Assembly (NCBI RefSeq): GCF_963921235.1
Contig: NC_086097.1
Location: 49,726,001 to 49,790,000 of the forward strand
Origin: Mobula hypostoma
Taxonomy: Eukaryota
Direction: 5' to 3'
Length of the DNA: 64,000 nucleotides
Shown: piece by piece, positions 24,203 to 36,779 of the stretch
Layout of the letters: each line of letters starts with the position of its first letter
Numbering within the stretch: position 1 is the stretch's first letter
Translations under genes and position numbers: made by a program
Notes under the pieces: generated by a model
The model's input: the letters and a program-made list of their open reading frames with translations, nothing else
Told to the model about the DNA's origin: nothing
The model's database searches: none

Positions 24203-24670
24203 AGTGCAGAAGAGGTTTATCAGGACGCTGTCTCGACTAGAGGGCGTGTGCTATAAAGAGTGGGTACACAAAACTTGGGTTGTTTTCTCGGGAGCAGCAG
24301 AGCTTGAAGGGAGACTTGTTAGAAGTTTATGAAAGAATGAGAGGTATAGACTGCTGATGTCTTTTTTCCCCAGGGTTGAGATGTCTAATATGAGAAGGCA
24401 TGCATTTAAGGTGTGGGGGAAAATTCAAAGGCGATATACAGGACAAGATTTATATTTACACTGTGAGTAGCAGATAGCTGAGAACTGCTGCCAGGACTGG
24501 CTGTGGAGGCAGGTATGATCTAGGCAATTTAAGAGCTTCTTAGATAGGTACATGTATATGCAAAAAAAAATGGAGGAATATGGATCACATGCAGGCAGAA
24601 GGGATAAAGTGCATTAGCTTAATGAGTTTTGCACACCATTGTTCTTGTGCTGTAATGTTCTATGTCCTAT
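24203..24670 (+). mobile_element. 3' part of the old CR1 whose upstream pieces are 13330-13406 and 19514-19639
   Basis: Resumes at agtgcagaagaggttt (VQKRF) after ccccattatagaaatgatg at 19639. CR1 3' end. Confidence 0.75.
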
Positions 24671-24849
24671 ATCAAGAGCATGCCTTCCACTTGTGGAACA
24701 AACGTTACAGGGGCAACATTTGCCCTTATCAAACCTGTCTGAATGTGGTCCAGTCTTATTCTCTTTCGGAATTTCTGAATAACAATTAGAATTATATATT
24801 CAGCAGTCTTTATGATCATTCCCCATTCTGACTTTACCATGGAGGGAAA

Positions 24850-25260
24850 GTCACTGACAGCTGAAGATTGTTGGGCCTAGTACACTGCCTTGAGAAACTC
24901 TGCAGCTTCTATGAAGGCTGGAAGAAGTGACAACATCTTCCTTTATGCATGGTCTGGATCCAATCATTGTAGTACTATCTCCTGATATCCATTAACTTTA
25001 CAGGGCTTCTTGATGCCAAACTCAGTCAAATGCTGTCTCAATATTAGGGGTAATCACTCTTACTTTGACTCTAGAATTTATCTCCTTGGTGCATGTTTGG
25101 AACCATGTGATTATCTGTGAAACTCAAGATGAGAATAAGTGAACAGATTCATGATGAGTGAATACCACTTGATTACACTGTTGGAGGGATCTTCCTTCAC
25201 CTTGCTGATGATTGAGTAGGCTAATGAGGCAGTAGTTAGCCAGACTGGATTTGGAATTAA
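24850..25260 (-). mobile_element. Very old CR1/L2-group RT remnant
   Basis: Minus strand reads VSQGSVLGPTIFSC and a degenerate AAFDxVWH-like motif. Confidence 0.5.
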
Positions 25261-25719
25261 CAATAAAATGACCATGCAAAAGTGGCAACATCTGACAAGA
25301 TAACAAGAGAGAAAGCACCATTTTTCATATGACAGGTAGTCCAAATGACAGCACACACAGATTCACCCAGCGGCAGGCAAACCTCCCATTATTTGTCACC
25401 ACACCCTATGCCTTGGATTCATAGTAACAAAGGCAGGAAACAAACAGAACTTCTCAAATTGCCAGGTCTAGTTGAACCACAATAGTGGCAAAACTGACTT
25501 GTAGCTATTATTGCTGGACTTGTTTGTAAAGTAGCTTTCCAAGTTTAGATGTTAGTCTTCAGGTGTTCATGAGAAGGACTTTGCAAGGTCAACTGGACTG
25601 GGCGAGATCATGCCACATTCAACTTATGTTCTTTCAGCAAATCTGCCGAGCCTGTGAATCTTTGGTACTTCTATCTATTAAATAGTTTACTCCACCAGGA
25701 ATTTAACATTAAGGGATTT

Positions 25720-27080
25720 GACAATGTTAGGTTATTGTTTATTGACTACAGCAGCACCTTCAATACTATAACTCCAAGCAAACTCATCACCAGACTCCAG
25801 ACTCCTGAGAGTCAATGCCTCCCCCGAAACTGGATCCTTGACTTCCTGACCAACAAACTGCAATCAGTAAGGATAGGCAACAAAACCTCTGCCATTAGCT
25901 GGCTGGTGGTGTAGTGGCACCTGCACTGGACTTTGAGGTGAGTGGTCCAAGGTTCGAATCCAGCCGGCTCCTTGCACGCTTTCCATCTACGTTGGGTTGA
26001 GTGCAGAGCTAGCAACTTGGCCTTGTAAAAAAAATAGACAAGTTCTAAAGAAGTGGCAACATTACTGCCCAATGCACAGAAAGGAACAACAAACTTCACC
26101 ATGGTTTTTGTAAACACTGGTGCTCTACAATGTTGCATCCCCAGCCCCCTATTCTACTCATGACGGTGTGGGCACACACTCAGCTCTAACTCCTTCTCCA
26201 AGTTTGAAGATGATACCACCATGGTGGGATATATTTCAAATAACAATGAGTTGGAGTACACGAAGGAGATAAAGACCTTAGTGACATGGTGTTTGGACAA
26301 AAACCACTCCCTCAATGTAAACAAAACGAAAGAGCTGCTCATTGACTTCAGAAAAGGTAGAGGGCTGCACATGCTCCTGTCTACATCAATGCTGCTGACG
26401 TTGAAAGGGTTGAGAGCTTCAAGTTTCGAGGAGAGAATTTCACAAGTAGCATGTCCTGGTTCATGTTGAGGTCACGGCCAAGAAACTCACCACTGACTCT
26501 ACTTCCTTAGGAGGCTAAAGAAATTTGGCAAGTCCCCGTCAATTTTTATTGATGCAGCGTAGAAAGAATTGTATCTGGATGCATAATGGCTTGGTATGGC
26601 AACTGATCTGCACGTGACCACAGGAAACTGCAGAGAGTTTTGGATGCGCCTCAGCACATCACGAAAACCAGCGTGGACTCTGCCAATACTTCTCGCTGCC
26701 TCAGTAAAGCAGCCAGCATAATCAAAGACCCCACACACTCCTGACATTCTCTCTTCTCCCCTCTCCCTTCGGGCAAAAGATAAGAAAATCCTGAATTCAC
26801 ATATCACCAGCATCAAGGACAGCTTCTACCCCACTGCAATAAGGATATTAAATGGTTCCTTAGTATGATAAGATGGACTCTTGACCTCACAATCTACCTC
26901 TTTATGATCGTACACTTCATTGTTTACCTGCACTGCACTTTATAGTAACTTTTACACTTTATCCTGCATTGTTACTGTTTTACCTTGTTCAACCTCAATA
27001 CTCTGTGTAATGATTTAATCTGTATGAACAAAGTATGAGAAAGGATTTCACTGTTTCTTGGTATGTGACAATAAAACCAA
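25720..27080 (+). mobile_element. Rex1/Babar-type LINE split by a SINE
   Basis: VRLLFIDYSSTFNTI, KFEDDTT, LNVNKTKELLIDFRK; ends gtgacaataaa. Confidence 0.85.
25898..26092 (+). mobile_element. tRNA-derived SINE
   Basis: A box TGGTGTAGTGG at 25907-25917, B box GGTTCGAATCC at 25951-25961, acceptor-like stem GCTGGCT/AGCCGGC, then a non-tRNA body and an aacaacaa tail. Confidence 0.85.
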
Positions 27081-30000
27081 TGGTGGGCTGAAGGTCCTGT
27101 TTTTCTGCTGTACAACTCTATGACTGCGACCAATTTTAAAAAGTACTTCCAACATTTGAAACAAACTGATTGGAATACATTTTAAATATATCTTTATCAG
27201 CAAAAGAAAAATCTGGATACTTTGTTTTAAGTGCACCCTTATTTTTATATATCAAGAACTGGGAAACCGTAAAACCAAAGTATCCTTCACCTTGGTTGAA
27301 GAAAAGCTGGATTACAGCAAGCAATAAAACATAGAATCGGGATTTAAACACTTCCAAAGAGTAAGAACAGCCATGGTTACTACCAGTTCCAACAGCGTGT
27401 AATTAACATTGTGCGCAAATATTAGATGACACAACTGTCTGAATATTCATGGAAACTTGGAACAGTTTATTGCTAAAGTGTTTGACAACCTGCACACATC
27501 AAGATAATTCTCGATAAAAGCAGGTAGGGATCTGAGCCAGTAGTACTTTTCAGGTACATGGAAACTTTTTGACATACTGAAGGGTCCAGAATATTAATAG
27601 CTGGAGCTCTGGCACTGGAATAGTTTATCCTGCCTGTGGATAGCACAGGGAAATATTCATGAAAGGAAACATCTCTCCACTCAACAATAAAAGCTGGACT
27701 TCCCCCACACCCTCGCCCAACACCAAGGGGGGGGGTTCTCCTTCCCCCTCCTCTCACCACAAATCATCACTGACACAGTGCCAATACCTCCCACAAAAAC
27801 CATGTCTGCCTAACCACACAGTCTGGGGTTGATGCTTCCCCAACACAGGCTGAACTGGATTAGAAAAATGTGCGACAAATAAATTTTCAGTGGAGTCGTA
27901 AGCACCTCTCAGATGCACCATGCCAGCCAACATCTTGGACTGAACCAGGAACATTAACATCAGCTGATGCATCTGACACTATAAGCTCTCTGCTAGAAAG
28001 ATCACCTCTTTAATCCCTGTTGGTCCATCACCACGACTATGCTAGCTGCCAAATCCTCAAATATGTTTTAAATATGTCAGACATTAACCATAATCATTTT
28101 TGTCCAGATGAAGGATCTCCATTCCCCTCCACAGATGCTGCCTGATCTGCTGAGTTCCTACAGCTCTTGTTTCTTGCTCCAGATTCCAGTATCTGCAGCC
28201 TCTTGTGTCTCCAACACCATTTCAAGTTTCCCCTGACCTCATAACCTTGAAAATATTTTAAAATCTGCTAGCTTTGACCTTACTCAGATCTCGTGTGCTT
28301 GCTGTGTGCAACATGGGTTACATGTCATTAATTCCTCCATTTTAAAGTTCTCATCCTTAAGTTCTAATCCCACAATGGTTTTATGCCTTTTTAGGACACT
28401 AACATTTCTAGTCCCGCAATTGCCTACACTTTTCTGTGCTCCTCCAACTCTTTTACTCTGCCATTTGCAACTATGGCTTCAGCTATCTCAGTTCATCACT
28501 CTTCAGTTCTGCTCCCAAGCTCCTGCCTCTCCATGTCTGTGGCTTCCTTCAAGACTATCCTTGAATCATTCCTCTCTGCTACATTGAAATGGTCTGGCAT
28601 CACACCTCAAATAAATATTCAGAATCAGTTTGTGAAGGTGTTAATGAGGAATATAAGCGTTCTTATTTCATTTTTTAAAAAGCAATATTACACCATATAG
28701 GAGTGATTTTTCCCAAACTTGGTGGAACTCAATTAATACCATCATATTAGGACTAACAGGTCATTCTATAAAATCATCTAATCTGAGAGAAGTGATCATT
28801 TGCAAGCAACTTGAAAAAAAATTTCCTGTTTTCCAAACTAAATCATTACAAACGATGACATCAGTGAAATATCAGGTGAAATGTGACCATGCTGTGCACG
28901 TGTATTGGGATCGCCTGTGAAGCCACCCCTTTCACTATCACACCTTCAGTCATTGTGTACGAAATTTGTGTATAACAGCAGGAATTCACTTAATGGGAGA
29001 TAGAATTAATGTAAGGCTTGCAACTGAAACTCTTGTTCTTCACAGCAACCTGCATTTAAATCAGAAGAAAACCCAAGCTGAGTTACTGAGTGTCAGTCTG
29101 GGGGTCATTTTGGTTTGACTTATTCAGGGAATGCCTAAACAAAAAGACCAAGATAAAACATTGAGATTATTCGTCAACAGTAAACCAAGTGACTACTATG
29201 TCTAACTACAGGGACCAATACTAATTGAAACATCCAGATTTTCTATCAGTCAGTCCTTTGGAATTAGATAGATAGATAGACATACTTTATTAATCCCGAG
29301 GGAAATTGAACATGACTTGCTTCCACTTCAGTTGTGTAGGTTCTGAACTGGCTAAGGAAGTCACAGACTATTCCATAGCAAACAGATAAATTGAAGCAGC
29401 ACAACAGCCAGCTGAAATACTACAGGAAAAGGCACTAGGAAAGAACAATGTTGTTCAATTTACAGCCACCTGGGTGGAATTACTATGAATCAAATAACTT
29501 CAGAGAGAAGAGACGCCAGGACAGCCTGTTGCCTCCAGGTGCCAGGGTCAAAGATGTCTCTGAACGACTGCAGAAAATTCTCGAAGGTTGGGTGAACAGT
29601 CAAAAGTCGTTGTACATATTGGTACAAATGACATTGGCAGAACAGGGGACAAGGTCCTACAGAATGAGTACAGGAAGTCAGGCAAGAAATGAAAATGCAG
29701 GACCTCAAGGATAGTGGCCTCCAGATTACTTTTGGTGCCTTGTGCTAGTGAGTCCAGCAGTAGAAAGATAGGCCAGATGAATGCATGGCTGAAGGCTTGG
29801 TGCAATGGGAGAGATTCAGGTTCTTGGATCATTCCAGCCTCTTCTGGAGTAGAGACAACCTGTACAAGAGGGACAGTTTGCACTTGAACCAGAAGGGGAC
29901 TAATATCCTACTAGGTAATTTGCTTTTGTCTCCATGGAAGGTTTAAACTAGACTGGAAGAGAGTTGCGGCTTGAGAGCACAAAGTCAGTGAGAAGACAGT

Positions 30001-30303
30001 GGTACATGCAGAAACCCATCAGGCGAGTCATGTTTACAGTAAAAGAGCAGATAGAACCACTGCTTAAATTGCATATATTTCAATGCATGAAGTTTATCAA
30101 GTAAGGCAGACAAACTAAGGGCATGGATTGCTTCTCGGAACTGCGATGTTCAGCCATAACAGATATGTGGCTGAGAGAAGGGCAGCACTGGCAGCTCAGT
30201 GTTCCAGGACACTAATAATTTATTGGATGACTACAATCCCCTCCGAATAGTCAGTGGGAACCTGAGGAATAAATTCTCAGGAAATTGCACACAGTGAGAA
30301 TAG

Positions 30304-30897
30304 CAGACATCCCACCCTGCAAAAACTCATTTCAGGGAGGTAGCATCATCAATTTGTGGGAGACTCCTGGAACTTCCAGGAGAGGTGGGATGTCTGCAAT
30401 AGAGTAGCTTCTTAGCAGCTAGTCAGCTAGTTTAAATAACGTTCGCTATGCTAATGAACGAATGACACCTGTTAAACTCCCCTCAACATGTCTTTTACAG
30501 TCTTAAACCACCATGGGTAATAGAAAAGTCACTGTTGCAAACAGTGCAGTGAACAACACTGTCATTATTTTTGACCCCTATTAGGCAGGGGTACACTTTA
30601 GTGTAGTCTGGGGTGACGTACGTTTTACATTTTCCTTTTTTGGAACACTCTGCTATGGCATGCTCACTCCCCTGCTCTCTCGCTTGCTCCCCCACCCGCT
30701 CTCCCCCCCGCCCTCGCTCCCCCCCTCCCTCTCTCTCCCTCTCTCCCTCGCCCGCACTCTCTCGCACTCACTCTCTCGCGTTCCCTCGCTCTCGAAAAAA
30801 TCGATTTCCGGGATATTGTATATAATTTGCGGGCATCAGGGAGCCAATATCAATATGCAGGAGACTTCTGAAACTTCCGGGAAAGGTGGGATATCTA
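30304..30897 (-). mobile_element. Non-autonomous hAT DNA transposon with a transposase N-terminal zinc-finger remnant
   Basis: TIR CAGACATCCCACC / GGTGGGATATCT. Flanking (g)agaatag repeat is consistent with an 8-bp TSD. Minus ORF CTVCNSDFSITHGG resembles the BED-like finger of hAT transposases. Confidence 0.75.
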
Positions 30898-32714
30898 GAA
30901 TAGTAAGGTAGTACTAGAGAGAGATTCTAATGATCATGGTATCGACTGGGCCACCCCGAATGCAAAAGGCCTGGATGGGGTGGAATATGTGTGATGCATC
31001 CAAGACAGTTTCCTCATGCAATATATAGGGGAATCTACTAAGGAAAGAGCAATATGAGCCTCGTCTTAGGGAACAAGATAGGACAAGTAACTGAAGTAAC
31101 AGTTGGATGCACTTTGGGTCTAGTGACCACAATTTTAAAATAGGTATGAAAAAATATAGAACTGGTCCACAGGTTAAAGTCCTGAACTGGAGCAGGGTCA
31201 ACTTTGAGGACATGAAGCAGGATCTAGCTTGGGTCAAAGTCTAAGGAATGGTTAGCAAGTAGAAAGTTCTTACCAGGGTCATATCAGGGTGAAGGGTAGA
31301 CATACCAAATTCAGGGAACCTTGGCTGACAAGAGATATCAGGGCTCCAGTAAGGAATAAAGAAGGAAGCATGCATTGCACTTTGGGAGCTGGGCACATAA
31401 GAAATACGATCGGGAGTTGGCCAACCAACCCATCAAGCCTGCTCTGCCATTCAATATGATCATGGCTAATCTGGCCATGGACTCAGCTCCACCTACCTAC
31501 CTTTTCCCCATAACCCTTAACCCCCACAATGCAAAACATCTATCTAGCTGTGTACAAATGAATGTCTTGACAAATATAAAAAGGTTAACGCCATGCTTAC
31601 GAGGGAAATAAGGAGAACAAAAAGATGGTATGAGGTGGATTGTCAGGCACAGTTAAAAGTAATCCCAAGGATTTCTTCAGTTATGTTAGCAATAGAAGGG
31701 TGACTAGAGAGAGACCAGGTCCTCTGAAAACACCACCAGGGGCACCAGTGTGTGGAGCTACAGGAGATGGCTGCAGTATTTACTGCCCATTCCTCCTTGC
31801 AGTTTACTAAGAAGAATATTATGGATGCCAAAGAAATGAGGACAGTAAGTAGAGAGGACTTGGATCACATGCATATTATGAGGAAAGAGGTATTTGCAGG
31901 TTTGAAGTACATTCAGGTGGGCAAATCTCCAGGGCCTAACCAACAGCACCCCAGATCTTGTGGGAGGACAGGAAAAAAATTGTGGAGGCCCTTCTAGATA
32001 TATTTGCCTCGTTGTTAGCCACTGGCAAAGTTCCAGAAGACTAGAGAGTGGCTAATGTAGTTTCATTGTTCAAAAAGGACAGCAGGGACAAGCCAAGGAA
32101 CTACAGCTGGTGAGCCTGGCTGGAGGGAATACTGAGGGACAAGATCTACCAACACTTGGATAGTCAAGGCCTGATCAGGAGTAGTCAGCATGGAGTTTTT
32201 CCATGAGGCAATTAAGCGGATAGTTGAAGGGAGGGTGGTGGATATTATCTATATGGTCTTTAGTAAGGCCTTTAATAAGGTCCCAGACAGCAGGCTGATT
32301 TGAAAGGTTAGGTTGCATGGGATTCGAGGGGCAGTATATGAGGAGGATTCTGAATATGCTCAATGATAGGAGGCAGAAGGTGAACAGTTAAAGCCTGATT
32401 CTCTGACTGGAAGTCTGTGGCTAGTGGGGTACCCAGGGGTCAATGTTGGGACCTCTGTTATTCATTATTTATGTAAATGATTTAGATGTAAATTTACATG
32501 CCACAATTAGCAAGTTCGTTGATGAGACTAAATTAGGAGATCTAGTGAAGCATGTTACAATGAATAGCAAAGACATCTTGATCAGTTGGGAGATTGGCTG
32601 AGGAATGGCAAATGTACTTCAACTCAGACAAGTGTGAGGTAATGCAGTCAAACCAAGGTTGGACATACAGTGAATGGCAGACCACTGACTAGTGTTGTGG
32701 AAAAGAAGGACCTT

Positions 32715-33879
32715 CTGTCCCCTGCTCCTACAGCTCAGAAATCACCTGAGCTGTCTTCAGATTCGTCTGGGGATCCAAGATGGAGTGGGTCAGATGGACC
32801 GTCATGCATAAGTCCCTGGACAATGGGGGCAAGAATATCCCCAATGTAGCCCTCACCCTGATGGCCAGCTTAGTGTGTGGCTGCATCAGGTTGTGTGTAG
32901 ACCCAGATATGTGGGCACCAAGTACCACTATGTGCCCAGGTTCTACCTGTTGCCCTGGCTACGAAGGATGGGTCTGGTCCCACTCCCATGCAACGCCCCA
33001 GTCAGCTGGTCGTTGCCACCATACCTGTCCTTCGTAGAAAAGTTCTTCCAGGAGAACGCCTTTGACCACAAGGCCATCAGGCAGTGGTTGGCACGTAATG
33101 TCCTGCAGGCACTGCAGGAGAAGGACAAGATGGACACAGTGGGGCGGTTCCCTGAGCAGACCGTCCAGTTCATCTGGCAAAATGCCTCATCGCCAGACCT
33201 CGCCTGGCTGGCAGTGAGAGGGGCCCTCCCAGTCAGACCCCTCCTGTACGCCCGGAACGTCGTCTCCGCACCCCACTGCCCACGGGAGGACTGCAGTGAG
33301 GGGGAATCTGTGACCCACCTCTTTGCACACTGTCAGTTTCTCAGAGAGGGTGTGGAGGAGGACGGACGGGCTAGTGTCACGTTTCATCCCCAGCAGCTGC
33401 GTAACAGAGGACTCTCTGATCTACGGGCTGTTCCCGGGGACACACACGGAGACCAACATCCGGTGCTGCTGGTAGATCATCAACTCAGTGATAGACACCC
33501 TTTGGTTGGCCCGAAACTTGATGATCTACCAGCACATGGAAATGTCCGTGGGAGAATGCTGCCGACTGGCACATTCTCGGTTGCAGCAGTACGTGCTGAG
33601 GGACGCACTGAAACTTGGTGCAGCCACCGCAAGGGCCCAGTGGGGAAGGACCACGGTTTAGGGTTCTTCTCTCGAGGGAGTGGGAGGGGTCAAGTGGCGG
33701 GGAGTATACCCCTCAACAATGGTGTGGTAAGGTGAACAACTGGAGTGCCACGTTGGTGGCCAAAAGTATGGATATGTACAGACCATAATGGAAACGTATG
33801 TAAAGGATGGAAAGTCATTGAATGGTTTATTGTATATAATTTTATTTTTGAATAAAGTATATCTTGAAATTTTAAAAAA
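32715..33879 (+). mobile_element. Tx1/L1-clade LINE 3' portion
   Basis: FRFVWGSK..KSLDNGG; zinc knuckle CPREDCSEGESVTHLFAHC; AATAAA at 33851 and an A-tract; interrupts a CR1. Confidence 0.8.
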
Positions 33880-35176
33880 GCGCACAGGTCACTGAAAGCA
33901 ACCATGCAAGTAGACAGGTGGTGAAAAAGGTGTTTAGCATGCTGGTCTTTACCAGTCTGGGCCTCAAGTTTAAGAGTATGAAGAGATACAAGATAAGAGG
34001 GAGAAATTTAAAAGAGACCTGAGAGGTAACTTCTTTACACGGACTACATGGATTGAGCTGCCAAAGGAAATGGTTGAGGCGAGTACAATTGCAACATTTA
34101 AGAGGCACTTGTATAAATACGTGGAGGGCAGGGGTTTGGAGGGATATAGGCCAAACATGGGTAACTGTGACCAGAAGGGAGGACACTATGGTCAGCAGGG
34201 ACCAGTTGGGCCGAAGGGCCTGTTTCTGTGCTGTATTATTCTATGGCTCTACAGAGATCTTTATCAAGAACGTTGCCATATGCAGTAATAAATTCAGGAA
34301 AAAAATGACTGTGACTGAATCTATTGGTAAGTGCCTTGCATAATCAGTATAAAATAATAAACAAGGAATTAGCTTTTATCTGCAATAGTTATTTTTGAAA
34401 CAGAATTTGCTGTGAAGCTTGAAGGTACACGGAGCTTAGAAAAATAGAGGGCTATGGATAACCCTAGATCATTTCTAAAGTAAGTACATGTTCGGCACAG
34501 CTTTGTAATGTGCTGTAGGTTTTCTATGTTTCTATGAAAGGAAATATTTACAGGGTAAGAACAAAGAACTTGGATAGTTCTTTCTAGGAATGAGTGCAAA
34601 CACAATGAAGCACATTTCAAATACGTTCCTTTGATTTCTGCAATAGCTCTGGCCAGAATTTCACAGATTTCCACAGTCTTCTCCCTCTTCTTAAACTGTG
34701 TATCACCATAGAAACCCCAGCTTAACCCTATCAAATATTTCCTTTGAGCTTTCCACCCCTCTTTCACTCTTTCTACCACTTGATACTAATATTCTCACTT
34801 CACTACTTCCGTTGAAGAGTCTTTGACCTGAAATATTAAGTGTTTCGTAATTTCTATAAATGCTATCTGAGCCGCTGAGTGCTCCCAGCATTTTCTGTTT
34901 TTCGGTTCAGATTTCCAGTATCTGCAATTTTTAATTTTCAGTTTCCTGAAGGTGAAAGTTATGGTGGGTTTCATGATCAATGTCTGCCCCTGCTGAGGAA
35001 TAACTCTCATGATGTGGAAATTGGTTCACATTTTCTGGGGTCTCTGTATGGGTTCCGGATTGCACAGCATGGGTAGGTTAGGAGTGGACCTTTGTCTTTC
35101 AGATATTTGCGTGAACTTACTTAAGAGAACTAGCTGACGATGACTTGTTACTTGGAACCAGTTCAAAGAAAGATGA

Positions 35177-35455
35177 TGCATACAAAATGCTGGAGGAACT
35201 CAGCAGGTCAGACAGCATCTTCGGAAAGGAATGAACAGTCTATGTTTCCATCCGAGGCCCTTCATCAGATTTGGGGACCAGAGACTCTTCATCAGGGTGA
35301 AGGGTTTCGGCCCGAAAAACTAGCACATACAAAATGCTGGAGGAATTCAGCAGGTCAAGCAGCCTCTATGGAAAGGGATAAAGAAGTCAATTTTCTCCAG
35401 CATTTTGTGTGTGTTACACTGGATTTCCAGCATCTACAGAATCTCCTGTGTCAGT
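35177..35455. mobile_element. Miniature Penelope-pLTR-derived fold-back element
   Basis: Two minus-strand pLTR pieces, three hammerhead core fragments and a plus-strand tail. Flanks gaaagatga (35168-35176) / gaaaaatga (35456-35464). Confidence 0.7.
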
Positions 35456-36779
35456 GAAAAATGACTGCTGCTAAATGTATAAAATAAGTCTACTATCAAG
35501 AGTTAGATTTGCAACATTGATGAAACTAATTTCTTACTTTGATACTGGCTTTGTCGTATGTATAAATGTGCTACTATGATTCTCAAAAAAACATATCTGG
35601 TGACTGGTTTGTTGCATGACAGAAATAACTTCTTTGAAATAATTTGTAGAATTGCATCAGTGTTTTTAATAGGATATGACTAGTTTAGCATTGACTAACA
35701 GAACTTGTTTTGTACAGAAACTTAGCAGGTTGTAAGTGGTTGGGAGCAGAATGCACTGCTCAGTGGGGGTGGGAAGGAAGAGAGTGCAGTGGAAGCTGAG
35801 TCAGTCATGTCTTTCAAAGATGAAGTGCATAAATAGGAAAGGAAGGAAATGTTGGGGTTATGTGGAAAGGTGGGGGATGGGACCAGCTCGTCGGCTGTTC
35901 CGTGAAGCCACACAGACCTGAAAAGTCAAACAACTTCTTCCATTCTGTAACCTTTGCAATGCTGTGAAGTTGTAAACGTTAGACAATAATGGACATCTTA
36001 TATGAAATGTCCCTATTGCTGTAAGCTTATCTGATTTTGAATTTTGAGTGATTTTGTTTTTCTTTTTAGAAAATAATTAAAACTTATTGGCAATGTTCTG
36101 CATTTAAGTAGCACATAAGATTTTCCAACAATGACTTTCTTAGGTACAAGGGCAAAAATAAAGAAGCCAGAGAAGAAGGTAAAGCAGTGGCCAGAATCTT
36201 GGGTCAACATAGAGTTTTTAAATAAGTTTTAACGGAATTGGAGAGGGTAGAGGAGTATCTGGTTATTCAAGATCAAATATCAGGAAGTGGCCTAATAACG
36301 CAAAGAGGACATAAGTTAGGCGGTAAAGGGTGCTATTGATTTTGTCAGGTGTCAAAGCTAGATTCTTGGATAATTCTTGAAGAAAATGGAAGAGGCAGAA
36401 AGAAATTCTTGGCAATGATCCATTAGTTTGAATGGATTTAGGCCTCACTGAGTGGGTTAAGGATATGGAAAATGGATGATGCAGCAGAGCATAGCAAATG
36501 CTGTAGAGGAAATTGAGAATCAACGTATTTCATGCTCATAATTATGGAGGATGTAATTTATGGCATGAGTTCTGCCATTTCGGTGCTGTGCCAGAGTCCA
36601 AATCTGACTGAAAAGATCAGTCAGATCAGTCAGAAGTCAAACAGTTGCAAGAGAGAAATCAGTGAATCTAAGCAGTGACAGTGAATTCCAGCATTTCAAA
36701 GAAGTAAGACTGAATTAAAAGCAGACTATTCATCTGCAATTATATGTCAGAAGTAACTGGAATGCAATCGGCGGGGCGG

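Larger units (their letters stand above)
29500..34250 (+). mobile_element. Old CR1 LINE (ORF1 esterase, EN, RT, 3' end) interrupted by hAT, CR1-tail (~31395-31550, -) and Tx1 insertions
   Basis: PGARVKDVSERLQKIL, LKYIQVGKSPGP, ggggtaccca..ttgggacctctgttattc, VEASTIATFKRHL. Confidence 0.8.

Noticed and set aside
25898..25968. Functional tRNA gene
   Set aside because: It runs into a SINE body and tail, sits inside a LINE, has no terminator after the acceptor stem, and the anticodon arm is poor.
27136..27357. Peptide GEGYFGFTVSQF resembling an integrin FG-GAP repeat
   Set aside because: No GAP motif, no convincing donor site and no further integrin-like exons; probably chance.
28850..28905. 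TGACATCA and CACGTG motifs as an enhancer
   Set aside because: Short motifs are expected by chance in 64 kb; no conservation data are available.
34942..35072. Candidate plus-strand exon (ttttcag|...|gtaggt, open frame FPEGESYGG...)
   Set aside because: The acceptor derives from a decayed Penelope tail and the peptide is unrecognised. RNA evidence would be needed.
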